A DNA stretch of 64,000 nt from Paraspadella gotoi (taxonomy: Eukaryota > Animalia > Chaetognatha): positions 27,960,665-28,024,664 of the forward strand of contig CM119265.1 in NCBI GenBank assembly GCA_051294375.1. Reading direction: 5' to 3'. Position 1 is the first letter of the stretch; each line of letters opens with the position of its first letter. The notes beneath the pieces are model-generated. The model ran no database searches. It was given only the letters and a program-made list of their open reading frames with translations, and was not told the origin of the DNA. Below are positions 37,830-49,922 of the stretch, one piece after another. The position numbers and the translations under genes were made by a program.

Positions 37830-37843
37830 CATCCTCGTCACCA
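37830..37843 (-). promoter_or_regulatory. Primer binding site complementary to tRNA-Ser(GCU) 3' end
   Basis: Minus strand TGGTGACGAGGATG versus TGGCGACGAGGATG expected from animal tRNA-Ser(GCU) ...CATCCTCGTCGCCA; lies between LTR-like AATAAA region and gag. Confidence 0.7.
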
Positions 37844-38229
37844 CATTTAAGTAACTGCAGACAGGGATTCAATATGAAATTCAACATGGAATTTTATTTT
37901 ATCTCACTTAATCTCAGTTTCAAGAGTATATACTGGTGTGTGTTCACTAATATATCTTTTGACTCAGTCTAATCAATCAGAAACTAGAGTCTATTTATTA
38001 ATGTGGCAAGTCGACGAAGCCATTTTCCTCTCCTCGGAATCCTCCTCTCCTCTTCTGGAACCTTTCTTTCCTCTTCCGGGAAACTATTGTTCCTTTTTCT
38101 GGGATTGGCTTTCCAAAATCCCGTTCGATTCATTCCAGAATTCTTCTTCCTCTCCGGAACCTCTCCTTAATCCTCTCTGTCCGCGTTATCATCGGAGCTA
38201 TGCCTCCTCATATCCTCCTCTACTCCCTC

Positions 38230-40200
38230 CACAACCTTTTTTTCTGAATTCCTCCTTCCTTTCGTCCCTTCCTCAAATTCCTTCGTTTCCTTTTTCCTAC
38301 CCTTTTTTTTCTTTCTCACATTCTCCTTCTTTCATTCCTTCTTCTCTATTCTCAGTTTCCTTTTTTTCTTTTCCCTTTTTACCATCCCCTTTTTTCAATA
38401 TTCCTTCTTTTCTTTCCTCCCTTTTCCTTCAATTCCTTTTTTGTCCTGTTCCTCCCTATTCAATCCTTTCTTTCTTTCCTCCACTTTTCCTCAATCCTTG
38501 TTCCTTCTCCTCCTTTTCTTTCAATTTATCTTTCCTTTTCCTCCCCTTTTCATTCAACTCCTTTCTTTCCCTATCTCCTCCTTATCCATTTTCCGTTGTT
38601 ATGAACCGAATATTCCATCGGTCATAGCGACCTTTGGTGTGGCGATAGCAGATGCGAATTGTAGTTTTCTGTCAATTGCTGTTGAGTTGTTTCGTCTGTT
38701 TCTATGTATTGATCTTATATGCTGTGAGATTACGTTGCTATTGTGCTTTGTCTGATGATAGTTTCATGTCATTTTATTGTTATCGCGTACAAATTATCGT
38801 TATGTTATGTTTTATGCTTTATACTACTCATTTGCTGATAATCCAATGGAACGCATTTACGGAGAAAAATTAAAAAAAATAATACATCTTAATATTCTAA
38901 AATATGGATTTAAATCCTTGCTGTAATAATTCGAAAACTGCTATCTTTGTAATAAAATCGCCCTGTTTTTTTATTTTGTTTATTTGCTTTGTTTTTCACC
39001 TCGTCATATCAGCAAAACAAAGAAAATGAAGAGAAAAAAAAAAACCGAGCAATGATGGCGGTGAGATTCCCAAATCGACTTGAAGTTCGGTCGATTCTTG
39101 CTCTTGCCTTCCTCCGTGCACATTTGCGCTTGCGCAAAGCTCAATTGACGAACCGTGTCCAATTGCGTGATCTGCATTCTCCAATTGGCTATTGCCATTG
39201 CATAAGCTACCTTATGTGCATTTCTTAGTTATCATAAGCTCATTTGACTGACAGCTTGTTCCATTTGCTTATCGGTTATTGCCCATCATAAAAGCTTCAT
39301 TGCCGACGTGTTCCATTTGCATTGTTATTGCCATTTCAAAGCTCATTGACGACCGTTCATATTTGCTAGATGTATTGTTAATCCGACTCCTATTTGGTAT
39401 TTGCCATCCAAAGTCTTCATTTGCGCCGATGTCCATTGCGATATATGATTCCTGATCGTTCATTCCCATCAAAGGGCCTCATTACCGAGGCTGGTACCAT
39501 TGCTGTAAGGGTATATCATACCATACAAGCATTCTGCCCGACCTTGTCCATTCTGATGGATTGCCATCCTAAGTCTAATTGTCCCGAACTCCATCAATGT
39601 GTCCTCCTGGGATTCATCAAGCTCATTGCCTACCGTGTCCATTGCTGTTTGTATTTGCCATCAAAGCTTCATTACGGCTGCCTGCCATTCTGAAGGTACT
39701 TGCCAATCAAAATCATGTACCGAAAACACGTGATCATTGCGTTGTATTGCCATTCAAAGTATTACCCGGCTGATTCATTGCTGAGTTATTTGCCATCCAA
39801 AAGCCATTTTTGCCGACCGTGTCCATTTGCTGATGCTAGATTCCATCAAAGTCTCATTTCGAACGTTCCATTGCTGCGATGGTATTGCCACAAGTCATTG
39901 CTACCGAGTACCATTGTCTTTGTATGGCCATCAAAGCTCTTTACCGGCTGTGTCCATTTGCTGATGTGTATATGCCATCGAAGCTCATTGCCCTACTCTC
40001 CTCTGGTCCATTGCTGTATGGTTATTTGCCATCTCAAGCTCATTGCCAAACGCTGTCTATTGCTTGAATAGTATTGCCATCAAAGCTCAGCGTAATGGTT
40101 AGCTGCTATCAAACCAACTAGTTCTATATATTTTTGCCACCGAAAGCCCATTCCCGACCAAGTCCATTCGGTTTAGCACTGCCATCAAAGGCCCATACTT
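38230..40200 (+). other. Noisy duplicate of 20560-21642 with the 44-bp array extended to roughly 20 units
   Basis: 31-bp array (38230-38590), unique spacer (38590-39130 equals 20935-21410), degraded gccatcaaagctcattg units to ~40190. Confidence 0.85.
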
Positions 40201-41038
40201 ACACTATAGCATTATGGATTTTCGTTATTTCTATTTCTTCAAGAAATGCCATACTAATTTACTAATAAAGGATTATTGTTTATGCCTCATTGTGAAAATT
40301 AGGTCGATAATGAATTTAAAAAAAAAAAATTGATGTGAATTTTTCTAGAGATAAATATGAAATGGATTTTTAAAGTTTTTAACATTTTTAGTTTTGGCTT
40401 TCGTTTCTCTTTTCCCGCCACATCTTTCGTCGTCGTCGTCGTCGTCGTTGTCGTCGTTGTCGCTTGGCAACGAAACTTGATTTCTAACGTTTTATGTTTT
40501 TTGTTTTTGTTTCCAACTGTCAACATCAGTTCTCTCTTTTTCTCTTTGCGACACGAAAATAAAAAAAATGATTTAAAAATATATTTGTATTTANNNNNNN
40601 NNNNNNNNNNNNNNNNNNNNNNNNNNNNNNNNNNNNNNNNNNNNNNNNNNNNNNNNNNNNNNNNNNNNNNNNNNNNNNNNNNNNNNNNNNNNNNNNNNNN
40701 NNNNNNNNNNNNNNNNNNNNNNNNNNNNNNNNNNNNNNNNNNNNNNNNNNNNNNNNNNNNNNNNNNNNNNNNNNNNNNNNNNNNNNNNNNNNNNNNNNNN
40801 NNNNNNNNNNNNNNNNNNNNNNNNNNNNNNNNNNNNNNNNNNNNNNNNNNNNNNNNNNNNNNNNNNNNNNNNNNNNNNNNNNNNNNNNNNNNNNNNGTCT
40901 CTCTCTCTATTTTCCATTATTTTCTATTACAACCAGGTATTCATTGTTTTTTTTAATTTTCTTTTAAAGAAAAAAGATTGGGTTGTGCTGTCTTTTGTTT
41001 CGTAGCGCAGATTTCAATTGCGTTGCGCGCCAGTTCTC

Positions 41039-41105
<67 letters not shown>

Positions 41106-41109
41106 CTCT

Positions 41110-41141
<32 letters not shown>

Positions 41142-41328
41142 TTCATCGTTTTATCGGTTTTTCCCGATTTTTCTTTTTAGTTCAAAGTCAAAATGAATAA
41201 AACAAAAGGAGATCAGGCCGGGCTTACGTCTACTTTACCCAATTTTCTTTCTTTCATTTTTTTTCACTTTAGTTCTTTTGTTGCTGTCATTCGCGTTTCC
41301 ACATGCCTGTTTTTGGTTGACTCTCTTT

Positions 41329-41590
41329 TCCGAGAGTGCCCCATTTCTGTTTATTATTCCCAGAATTTAATTTTAGTCTTGATATTTAACTTATATCATT
41401 AAACTTATAAACCAATCCCTAACCTTATCATTGACCCTAACCCAAACCTCTAACGCAAAAGGTTTGTCCCTAACCCAAATTCTTTGGTCTAATCACAAAC
41501 CAAATCCGAAGCCTTTAAGTAAAAATTACGAAAAATGACAGGAAAAATCTACTCCGAATGACCTTCCACTAATAATTTTGGACTTTCGTT
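41329..41590 (-). mobile_element. Shorter opposite-strand relative of the 2203-2701 element
   Basis: TCCGAGAGTGCCCCATTT matches the reverse complement of 2684-2701; ttgtccctaac...ctaatcacaaaccaaatcc matches the reverse complement of 2283-2326. Confidence 0.65.
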
Positions 41591-42087
41591 GCAAAATAAA
41601 ACCGGAGAACTAATATGGACGAATAAAACGGAAGGAGAATGAAGGAGAATGAAGGAGAACAAGGAAAAATTGAGTAGAGAGAGAGANNNNNNNNNNNNNN
41701 NNNNNNNNNNNNNNNNNNNNNNNNNNNNNNNNNNNNNNNNNNNNNNNNNNNNNNNNNNNNNNNNNNNNNNNNNNNNNNNNNNNNNNNNNNNNNNNNNNNN
41801 NNNNNNNNNNNNNNNNNNNNNNNNNNNNNNNNNNNNNNNNNNNNNNNNNNNNNNNNNNNNNNNNNNNNNNNNNNNNNNNNNNNNNNNNNNNNNNNNNNNN
41901 NNNNNNNNNNNNNNNNNNNNNNNNNNNNNNGAGAGAGAGAGAGAGAGAGTGAGAGAGTAAAATAAAGAAAATAAAAACCGGAAAACCCTAGCGGTCGTGG
42001 AAGGAATCTTTGGCGGAACGTAAAAAAACACCTTCCCTCTTTATTTTTCTTTTTCTTTTTATTCTTTTTCTTTTTCGTTTTTCTTTT

Positions 42088-42305
42088 TTTTTAGTTGCGC
42101 CGCGAGTACTCGCGGAGCAACTCTAAAACTCACTTTTCGGTCGGTCGGTCTGTCCGTCGTTCTGTCCGTCGGTCTGTCCGTCGGTCTGTCCGTCGGTCTG
42201 CCCATCGGTCTGTCCGTCGCTCTGTCCGTCGGTCTGTCCGTCGGTCTGTCCCACTTAATTAAAAATGCTCATTACTCGCCTATAGTAGATTGTTCACTTG
42301 TTAAG
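42088..42305 (+). mobile_element. HINE/DINE-1-like element family 2, 3'-truncated copy
   Basis: 5' palindrome TTGCGCCGCGAGT-ACTCGCGGAGCAA, (GTCGGTCTGTCC)n microsatellite, homology to the reverse complement of 53520-53688. Confidence 0.75.
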
Positions 42306-43378
42306 ACAGGAGAAAACCTCAAATCTAAGTGACTGCTGGCGCCTCCTTCAGGAAATACTAAAACTATAAAGAATTCCGATGCAGTGCGAGTCATTTTTCT
42401 TCTTTCACTTTTTCATGTTTATCTGTTTTTCTTTTCTTTTCAAATTTTTCATTTCCCACAAGAGATAAAACTCCTTTCCTCCCTNNNNNNNNNNNNNNNN
42501 NNNNNNNNNNNNNNNNNNNNNNNNNNNNNNNNNNNNNNNNNNNNNNNNNNNNNNNNNNNNNNNNNNNNNNNNNNNNNNNNNNNNNNNNNNNNNNNNNNNN
42601 NNNNNNNNNNNNNNNNNNNNNNNNNNNNNNNNNNNNNNNNNNNNNNNNNNNNNNNNNNNNNNNNNNNNNNNNNNNNNNNNNNNNNNNNNNNNNNNNNNNN
42701 NNNNNNNNNNNNNNNNNNNNNNNNNNNNNNNNNNNNNNNNNNNNNNNNNNNNNNNNNNNNNNNNNNNNNNNNNNNNNNNNNNNNNNNNNNNNNNNNNNNN
42801 NNNNNNNNNNNNNNNNNNNNNNNNNNNNNNNNNNNNNNNNNNNNNNNNNNNNNNNNNNNNNNNNNNNNNNNNNNNNNNNNNNNNNNNNNNNNNNNNNNNN
42901 NNNNNNNNNNNNNNNNNNNNNNNNNNNNNNNNNNNNNNNNNNNNNNNNNNNNNNNNNNNNNNNNNNNNNNNNNNNNNNNNNNNNNNNNNNNNNNNNNNNN
43001 NNNNNNNNNNNNNNNNNNNNNNNNNNNNNNNNNNNNNNNNNNNNNNNNNNNNNNNNNNNNNNNNNNNNNNNNNNNNNNNNNNNNNNNNNNNNNNNNTTTT
43101 ATTTCCTTCCTCCACTTTTTCCTCCTTCCCCCTCTGTTCACATCACGCATGAGATCGTCACGAAGGTGAGTTGAGGTAAGTTCACGTGAGTTCGCGTCGG
43201 GTGAGTTCAAGTGAGTAAAGGTTCCTGGAAAATGTCGAATCGAGTTGAAACAAAATCAGCGATCGAACGAGACGGGAAAGGAGGAAAAGATAAAGTACGA
43301 TTTACAAAGGTAAGTTTAGGACTCGTTTTGGAAAAGCAAAGAAGAGTTGAATTCTGTTCAAAACGCAGCTACTTAAAC

Positions 43379-43712
43379 AATTGGTACAACCAATATAAAC
43401 TTTATTCATTCATTTTTTTAAATAAGCTATCTTGCACCTGTGAAAGATTTTGTGACCTCGCGTCCGGTCATTTTTCCCTGGTCATTTAGTTGACCTTTTC
43501 CGACTGGTCTTTTCATCGTTCTCTAGTCGCTTTCTTTTGACATACTTTGAAGGTTTAAGGTCTCAATCACTCTTACAAGATAATAACATATCAGGACCCG
43601 TCATGCTTTCAATCGAGACTCTCTCACAGTCTCGTTTATTCACCTCCAGAGTAGCTGGCTTCTCTATCAATGAAGTGGTATAATCTGTTTAAAAAAAATG
43701 TTTCGATTGTAA
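43379..43712 (+). repeat. Dispersed ~240-bp repeat family, copy with ~100-bp insertion
   Basis: Colinear with 63673-63914 except extra sequence at ~43441-43538. Confidence 0.8.
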
Positions 43713-43779
43713 AAAGGTACCACTGCCTTAAGTAGATCGAGAAATACTAAACGGTACACTAACATCAAGATTGAGGGTA

Positions 43780-43990
43780 CTGTGGCAAAACCTTATTTTG
43801 CTTCCTGTATAGCTATCCCACCCACAGTTAGTTCCGGGTTCAATCCCCTCACGGTCATGCTGGTTAATTGTGATGGTGCTGACATAAATACGCCAGTGAC
43901 ATGCGGTGGTCACTGCAGGTCCAAGGCCCATAGCGCCCCTTGTCGTGAGATGCCTCACACTCCCGGCACACATGTCATCTTTAAAGATGA
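43780..43990 (+). mobile_element. Degenerate tRNA-derived SINE-like element
   Basis: B-box GGGTTCAATCCCC near 43836, weak A box, GC-richer body with ggtccaaggccca resembling gttccaagccca of the 7837 SINE. Confidence 0.4.
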
Positions 43991-46900
43991 TAAATATATT
44001 AATATGCTTAATTTAATTCTCCCTGCAGTTTGATAGCTATCCTTAAGGCTGCTCAAGCGAAAGTCGAATATAATCTACATTTTTTTGTGTTGTGAACATA
44101 ATCTACTAGTGGAGAGGGTCATATTTTCTCTCTCTCTCTCTCTCTCTCNNNNNNNNNNNNNNNNNNNNNNNNNNNNNNNNNNNNNNNNNNNNNNNNNNNN
44201 NNNNNNTTCGCTTCACCCACATTTTCGTCTCCTCTTCTTCCTCCTCCTCCTCCTCCTCCCCCTCCTCCTCTTCCTCCTCATCCCTAAATGATAAACCAGT
44301 TTTTTTTGCTTCTAATCGATTTCGCGAAATTTCTCCCCAAAAATGATGGACAATTCCATCTCTAGTCTGGAACAAGACAATCGTTAACCCGACACTCCCC
44401 GTTACTCATCGAAAACGTTAATGACATAGGAATGATATATCTTTTTTCCTCGTTGGTATTATATATAGTTTATAGTACTATAGAAATTAGACAGGTTAAT
44501 ATTATACATGTAATTAAACAACGATCAAATATTTTTTTCCCCATGATACATTAAGGGAACTTTTTGGGCAATTTTACTTAATTCTTAATTTCCGTAGCCC
44601 TCTCTCTCTCTTCTCTCTTTCTCTCTCTCTCTCTCTCTCGTTCCTGTCCTCTCTCTCTCTCTCTCTCTTCTCTTCTCTCTGCTCTCTCTGTCTCTCTCTC
44701 TCTTTTCTCTCTCTCTTCGTCTCTCTCTCTCTCCCCTCTCTCATCATCTGCCCAAGTTTTCTACTAACGAAAACGATGAACTCCACTGAACCTCTTCCCT
44801 TTGTCTTTTCCTCCCCTTTCCTCCCTCTCTCCTCACCCTTATCTCCCTTCTCCCCTCCTTCCTCCCTTCTTCCTTTCGCGAATCCCCCCCTCTTCCTAGC
44901 CCCTCCTCCTTTCTCCCCATTTCTCCCACCCCTTTCTCCTTTCTCCCTCTCTCCTCCTTTCCTCCCTCTCTTCCTCCACTACCTCCTTTCTGCTTTGATC
45001 ACTCTTTATAGGAATGAAGACGTCCTCCCCCTTTCGTCCCGCTCCTCCCTCCCTTCCTCGCCTGGTTTACTTTCCTCCCCGTCCCGACTTCGCATTCTCT
45101 CTTACTCTTTACCCTACTTTCTCCCTCTCTTCCTCCCCTTCACCTCCTTGTCCTCACCGCCCTTTCTCTTCTCGCTTGACGATCTCGAGAGCCCATTCTC
45201 TTTTCGTACGGCACTTTCTACCTTCCGTTTTCTCCCTCTTTCCGCCCCGTTCCCGTATACCCCTGAACGTAACCTTCCTGCTCCTCCCGTGTCTCTTCCT
45301 CCCTTCGGTCCTTTTTTCGCTTCCTCCCTCTCTTTCTCCCCGTTCCCTCCCTTTCTATCTTCTCTTCCTACTTTCTCCCTCCCTTCCGGTCCCTGTCCTT
45401 CCTCCTTCCTCCCATCCTTCCCCTCCGCCGCCTTCAATATTCCTGAACCCGAAAGGTCAGCCCGTGAGAGAAAAAGCTGCGAGGACCTTCGCCACCATAA
45501 AAGCCCCCAACGCGACGCACTTAGGACGAAGACCTCTTGGCTTAAGCCAGCTTTACCCTCACCTCCCTTTTAACTTTACCTCTCACGTGGCCCAAATTTA
45601 GCTTAAGACCCCACCTCCCTTACCCGATACCAACTCTTACTTACCCTCTCTCCCCATCGGGCTTGATGGACTGCGCTTCAGCCGCGAGCCTTTTTCCCAA
45701 ACCCGTCACCTACCAACTCATTGCNNNNNNNNNNNNNNNNNNNNNNNNNNNNNNNNNNNNNNNNNNNNNNNNNNNNNNNNNNNNNNNNNNNNNNNNNNNN
45801 NNNNNNNNNNNNNNNNNNNNNNNNNNNNNNNNNNNNNNNNNNNNNNNNNNNNNNNNNNNNNNNNNNNNNNNNNNNNNNNNNNNNNNNNNNNNNNNNNNNN
45901 NNNNNNNNNNNNNNNNNNNNNNNNNNNNNNNNNNNNNNNNNNNNNNNNNNNNNNNNNNNNNNNNNNNNAAAGAGTCTGATGACAAAGAGGATCGTGACAA
46001 AACTGGACCGAAACGCGAGAGAGAAAGGAGTTTCGGTCCTAATCTTTCATCCCATTGTACTTTTTGACCNNNNNNNNNNNNNNNNNNNNNNNNNNNNNNN
46101 NNNNNNNNNNNNNNNNNNNNNNNNNNNNNNNNNNNNNNNNNNNNNNNNNNNNNNNNNNNNNNNNNNNNNNNNNNNNNNNNNNNNNNNNNNNNNNNNNNNN
46201 NNNNNNNNNTCTCTCCATTATTCTTCCCAACAGTCTCCGTTCGCTCGCCGGACTAAAGGAGCATTGATTGGAAATGCCTCAGAGGTTTTTTCTCGGCAGC
46301 GATTCGGGCGAATGCCGCTAGAAAAAGAGGGGGGGACGGAGGAAAGAGAGATAGGGAGTTGAGGAAGGTTTAAGGGGATTTAAGAAGGAGTTAAGGGGAT
46401 GAAAAGTGTGAAGGGTTAAGGGGTGAAGGGGGTCGAGAAGTAAAACGGAACGCAGTGGTCATTGACAGAACTCCAAAAAGTTTGTTGCAGGTTTTACGAT
46501 TATATAGAAAATGAATAAACAATAAATAACAATAAATAAACAATATTAGAGAGTAAATGAATTACAGAATCAGTGACACTATTCAATCAGTGACAGTATT
46601 CATATCTAATTAGTGTGCGATGAAATTTTGAGGAAACGGTTTTCTCTCCTAACAGTCAGGATGCCTCAAACTGTGTTTCACGTGGATTGGACGGTAGTTA
46701 GAGAGAGAGAGAGAGAGGGAGAGAGAGAGAGACGGATTGGAACCCACGACGTTGTGAACGAACCTTTAGTGTCCCAATAAAGCACCATTTAGTTCTATTA
46801 GTCGAAGTCGTCATTTTTTTCGTCTTCAATTTCATTACTAAAATCGTTTTCGTCGTCGTCATCGTCGTCGTCTTCCAAAATCAAGTCGTTTCGTTGCCTT

Positions 46901-47465
46901 ACCCTCCTTACCCTCTTTACCTNNNNNNNNNNNNNNNNNNNNNNNNNNNNNNNNNNNNNNNNNNNNNNNNNNNNNNNNNNNNNNNNNNNNNNNNNNNNNN
47001 NNNNNNNNNNNNNNNNNNNNNNNNNNNNNNNNNNNNNNNNNNNNNNNNNNNNNNNNNNNNNNNNNNNNNNNNNNNNNNNNNNNNNNNNNNNNNNNNNNNN
47101 NNNNNNNNNNNNNNNNNNNNNNNNNNNNNNNNNNNNNNTTACCCTCCTTACCTCCAGAAAGTGAAAAGTCAATTCAATCAGAATTTTCATTTTCAATTTT
47201 ATTTTATTTTTTTTTCTCAAAACCGAAAATTGATTTTCTCATTTTTTTTCCTTCGTAGACTTTTTAATTTTCTTTCCAATTTTTAAATTTTGTTCATTTT
47301 TGAATTCGATTCTTTTTACTCAAGTTGTCGCTATTTCTGTCGGGACTTCAGTGAGTCTTGTCAGTCGCCATGACAACGTGAATTTTTTTGTGATGTTGTC
47401 TGTATTCCGTTGTTAGAAGAAGAAGTAAAAAAAAAACTTTTCTTACGTCATTCACTCATTCTCTA

Positions 47466-47673
47466 ATACAATTGAAACATTCTTTGAAATATTATACCTC
47501 TTCATTGATAGGGAAGCCAGGTACTCTGGGAGTGAATAAACGAGACTGTGAGAGAGTCTTGATTGACAGCTTGCAGTGACCTGTTACACTACCAAAGCCT
47601 GTCCAAAGTCAGGGGCGAGATAACTTATTTATTAAATGAATGGATAATTTTACATTGTTGTACCAATTTCATA
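47466..47673 (-). repeat. Dispersed ~240-bp repeat family, minus-strand copy
   Basis: Close match to the reverse complement of 63673-63914 with an internal deletion. Confidence 0.85.
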
Positions 47674-47725
47674 CAATTGACAACTTCTCTTCGTTTCTAA
47701 AATGCCAGCGATGCAGTTTCTATTT

Positions 47726-47831
47726 TCGCCGTGAGTGGTTCTATCCTCGCTGCGAGTGTTCATCACCTCGCTGCGAGTGGTTCTCTCCTTGCCGCGAGTG
47801 GTTCTCTCCTCGCCGAGAGTGGTTCTCTCTT
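47726..47831. repeat. 21-bp minisatellite, 5 copies
   Basis: Unit ~TCGCCGCGAGTGGTTCTCTCC. Confidence 0.85.
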
Positions 47832-48516
47832 TGCCTCGCTCGCTAAATCGCCATCGCGATTCGTCCTTTGAGATTCAAGTGAATTTTTTTTTGGAGAAAA
47901 GAAGAGAATCACATTAAGAGTCGAGGTGAGTCCCTTGGTTGAGATAAAGGAAAGAGAGAGAGATAGAGAGGAAATATAGATAAGAAAGAGAGAGATAGAG
48001 ATGATATATAGATAGGAAAGACAGAGATTGAGAGGAAATAAAGATAGTAAAAAGAAATATAGAGAGAAAGTGTATACAAGAAATAGATTAGGAAAAAAAA
48101 TAGTTAAGAGAAGAATATTAAGAATACATTATGGCGAAAAGAGCATCGCTACAACATGATATATATATATGACATAATACGTACACAAACTAAAAAAAAA
48201 GAAAAAAAAAGAATTAAAAAAAAGGGAACAAAGAAAGTTAAATTAAGAATATAAAATATAAGAATATAAAATTAAGAAAAGAAAGAATTTTTTGTGAAGT
48301 GAAGTCTTTCGTTTTTTCCGTTGCGGTGTGCTGGTGCAAAGAAGTATTGTGAATTGTTTTCCATGCGATCATTGTGATCAGTCTCACGCTGGACTGACTC
48401 TAAAAGTTCTTCCTCCTCCTAGCGGAGTTGTCCTCGGATCTGCCTCAGTCTGTCTTCATTCAGACTCATTTGTTTTTATTTTTAAGTCCTTGCGGTCAGA
48501 GATCCGGGAAGAGAGA

Positions 48517-48594
<78 letters not shown>

Positions 48595-48898
48595 TCACTA
48601 AAGATTTTTTCTTTTCTTTTCTTTTCTTTTCTTTACTCTTCTGTACTTACAGTCTGCTCTTCAGAAACAATAATTGCCGATACCGTTGTCTTTATCATCA
48701 GCATCATCGTCGTCGTCGTCACTCGTCAATATCGTCGTCGTCGTCGTCGTCGTCGTCGTCATCGTCGTCCTCATCGACGGAACTGAAACGACGACGAGAT
48801 CGTTTGGTGGTCACTTTGGTGGTTTGGTGGTCACTTTCGCCCCACGAGGGATGTGGAAGGGAGTGGTGGGGTTCGGAAGGGGTGAAGGCGTTTGGAGT

Positions 48899-49368
48899 AA
48901 AGCGTATTAGATATTTTAAAAATGAGGAATGAACAACATTGTACTAAAGAATATCATTGTATAAACGAAAAGTTGATTGAAAAAAATATGACTCTTTTTG
49001 AAAAATGTCTTCATTAAGTTGGTCAAAAATAAGAAAAACTTATATTTTAAGCTGAATATTATTTTTTTATTCTTTAAATATAGTTTTTTTTAAATTTTCA
49101 ACCTACTCAATGAAAGAATTTTTTAAAAAATGATTTATATTTTCTTTTAATAACTTTTGATAAGAATTTCATATCTGCCATCAATATTAAAAAATACTAT
49201 TTTAAAATTTTACGATTTTATATGCATAGCTCTATATATAAATATTAGCCTACCGCAAAAATGAAAAAAAACGTAAAATTAATTTTTTTTATAAATAAGA
49301 ATTAACTGTTGGTAAGTTGTTCAAAATTGACCTTTACATTTTTTATACATAACTTTCACAATGCTCTA
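48899..49368 (+). mobile_element. Diverged copy of the AT-rich Kolobok-like element at 57268-57863
   Basis: Shared blocks such as actctttttgaaaaat..cttcattaagttggtcaaaaat and aacctact.aatgaaagaattt; degraded termini. Confidence 0.75.
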
Positions 49369-49463
49369 GTGTGGGTGGGGTAATTGGAGCCGAGTTAGGT
49401 AGAGCAGGAGCAAGGGAGGAAAAGAGGAAAACCACTTGTCCGTTTCCTTTGTTGTGTTTTTAT

Positions 49464-49512
<49 letters not shown>

Positions 49513-49851
49513 TGAGCCGAAAAGACAAAAAATGGAAAGGAAGCCAAAAAAGAGAGAAAAAATAGACAAAAATGGGAAAAAAAGAAAAAGAAAAAGAAAA
49601 AAAAGGTAAATCGATGGAAGAGACGGAAAACGAGAATGACCCAATTTTATGGAGCAAAACAAAAACAAGAAGGTGAAGTCAGTGGAGTGCTCCAGCTGAC
49701 TAGCGGAGTAGTGTGGATGAGAGGTGTAGTGCTCCTACTGACAAATGGATTTGTGAGTCGGAAAAGTTGGGTGATCGAAATTTCACTTCTTGTGGTGAGA
49801 TTAAGAGATGGAAAAATGACAAAGAAATTCTGTGAGAAATGAAAACAATGA

Positions 49852-49922
49852 AAGGAACACCCGGTCTTGAACCAGGGATCGTTCAATATGCAGTCAAAAG
49901 CTCTACCGCTGAGCTATTCTCT
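49852..49922 (-). pseudogene. tRNA-Cys(GCA)-like pseudogene or repeat-borne tRNA head
   Basis: Minus strand AGAGAATAGCTCAGCGGTAGAGCTTTTGACTGCATATTGAACGATCCCTGGTTCAAGACCGGGTGTTCCTT: D arm, GCA anticodon (49889-49891), T arm present; acceptor stem imperfect. Confidence 0.75.

Larger units (their letters stand above)
32775..38165 (-). mobile_element. Ty3/Gypsy element on minus strand: LTR end, PBS, gag, protease, RT (noisy read)
   Basis: PBS 37830-37843; gag knuckle-like CSKTCKKHG (~36445-36475); protease CLYDTG(A)SIN (35235-35265); RT region mirrors 28230-29450. Confidence 0.8.

Noticed and set aside
27350-38165. DIRS element or LINE
   Set aside because: An aspartic protease, a tRNA PBS and a DDE-type integrase with GPY/F module are present; no tyrosine recombinase or APE endonuclease motifs seen
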